Part shown: in pieces, positions 63,742 to 64,000 of the stretch
Layout: the number at the start of each line of letters is the position of its first letter
Numbering within the stretch: the stretch's first letter is position 1
Source of the DNA: Haliotis rubra
Lineage: Eukaryota
Direction: 5' to 3'
DNA: 64,000 nt
Assembly: GCF_003918875.1 (NCBI RefSeq)
Contig: NW_025766558.1
Location: forward strand, 3,596,001 to 3,660,000
Translations under genes and position numbers: made by a program
The notes under the pieces: generated by a model
The model's database searches: none
Seen by the model: the letters and a program-made list of their open reading frames with translations, nothing else
Told to the model about the DNA's origin: nothing

Positions 63742-64000
63742 GACAAGCCTGCGGTGTTCAGCTGTACGCCATGGTGTGTTATGTACGCAAGATAAGAAGT
63801 ATTCTTTAGACAACTCAGTACATGCACTGGTTTGGAGTTAAATAAAACCCAGCCATACTGAAAACGTTGTCTTTCTGTAACCCATATTGCTTGTAACGCC
63901 TGCTAAAGTGCTGTTGGTTGGATAATTACAATAACTTGTCAGTATATACAGTAGGCTCAAGCTAAGATTTCAACATTAGCTGCGCGTTCACCGTTATCAT

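Overview
Eukaryotic, repeat-rich, AT-rich animal genomic DNA. The repeat families look molluscan, possibly abalone; that is my recollection, not a database result. The main discovery is a spliced minus-strand gene at 63741-38740 that the ORF track shows only as fragments. Joining phase-compatible GT-AG exons by hand gives 20 exons plus one unresolved junction and about 1500 aa. The architecture is: signal peptide, a beta-rich N-terminal region, two tandem Hedgehog N-terminal (Hedge)-like domains (one contains SLHYEGRA), a peptidase M15-like domain, and a Cys-containing C-terminus. There is no Hint/Hog, vWA, cadherin or transmembrane segment. As assembled it carries two 1-nt frameshifts and three in-frame stops, so it is either a decaying copy or partly mis-sequenced. 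Also present: the first coding exon of a secreted TSP1+EGF gene, a decayed DIRS tyrosine-recombinase retrotransposon with its ITR/ICR structure, two Tx1/L1-type LINEs, an I/Nimb-type LINE, several Tc1/mariner relics, three SINE-like families sharing a LINE 3' tail, a 1.4-kb AG..CT long-TIR element resembling a miniature Polinton, a Crypton-like foldback insertion, two recent tandem duplications (about 1.5 and 3.1 kb) and a 361-N gap.
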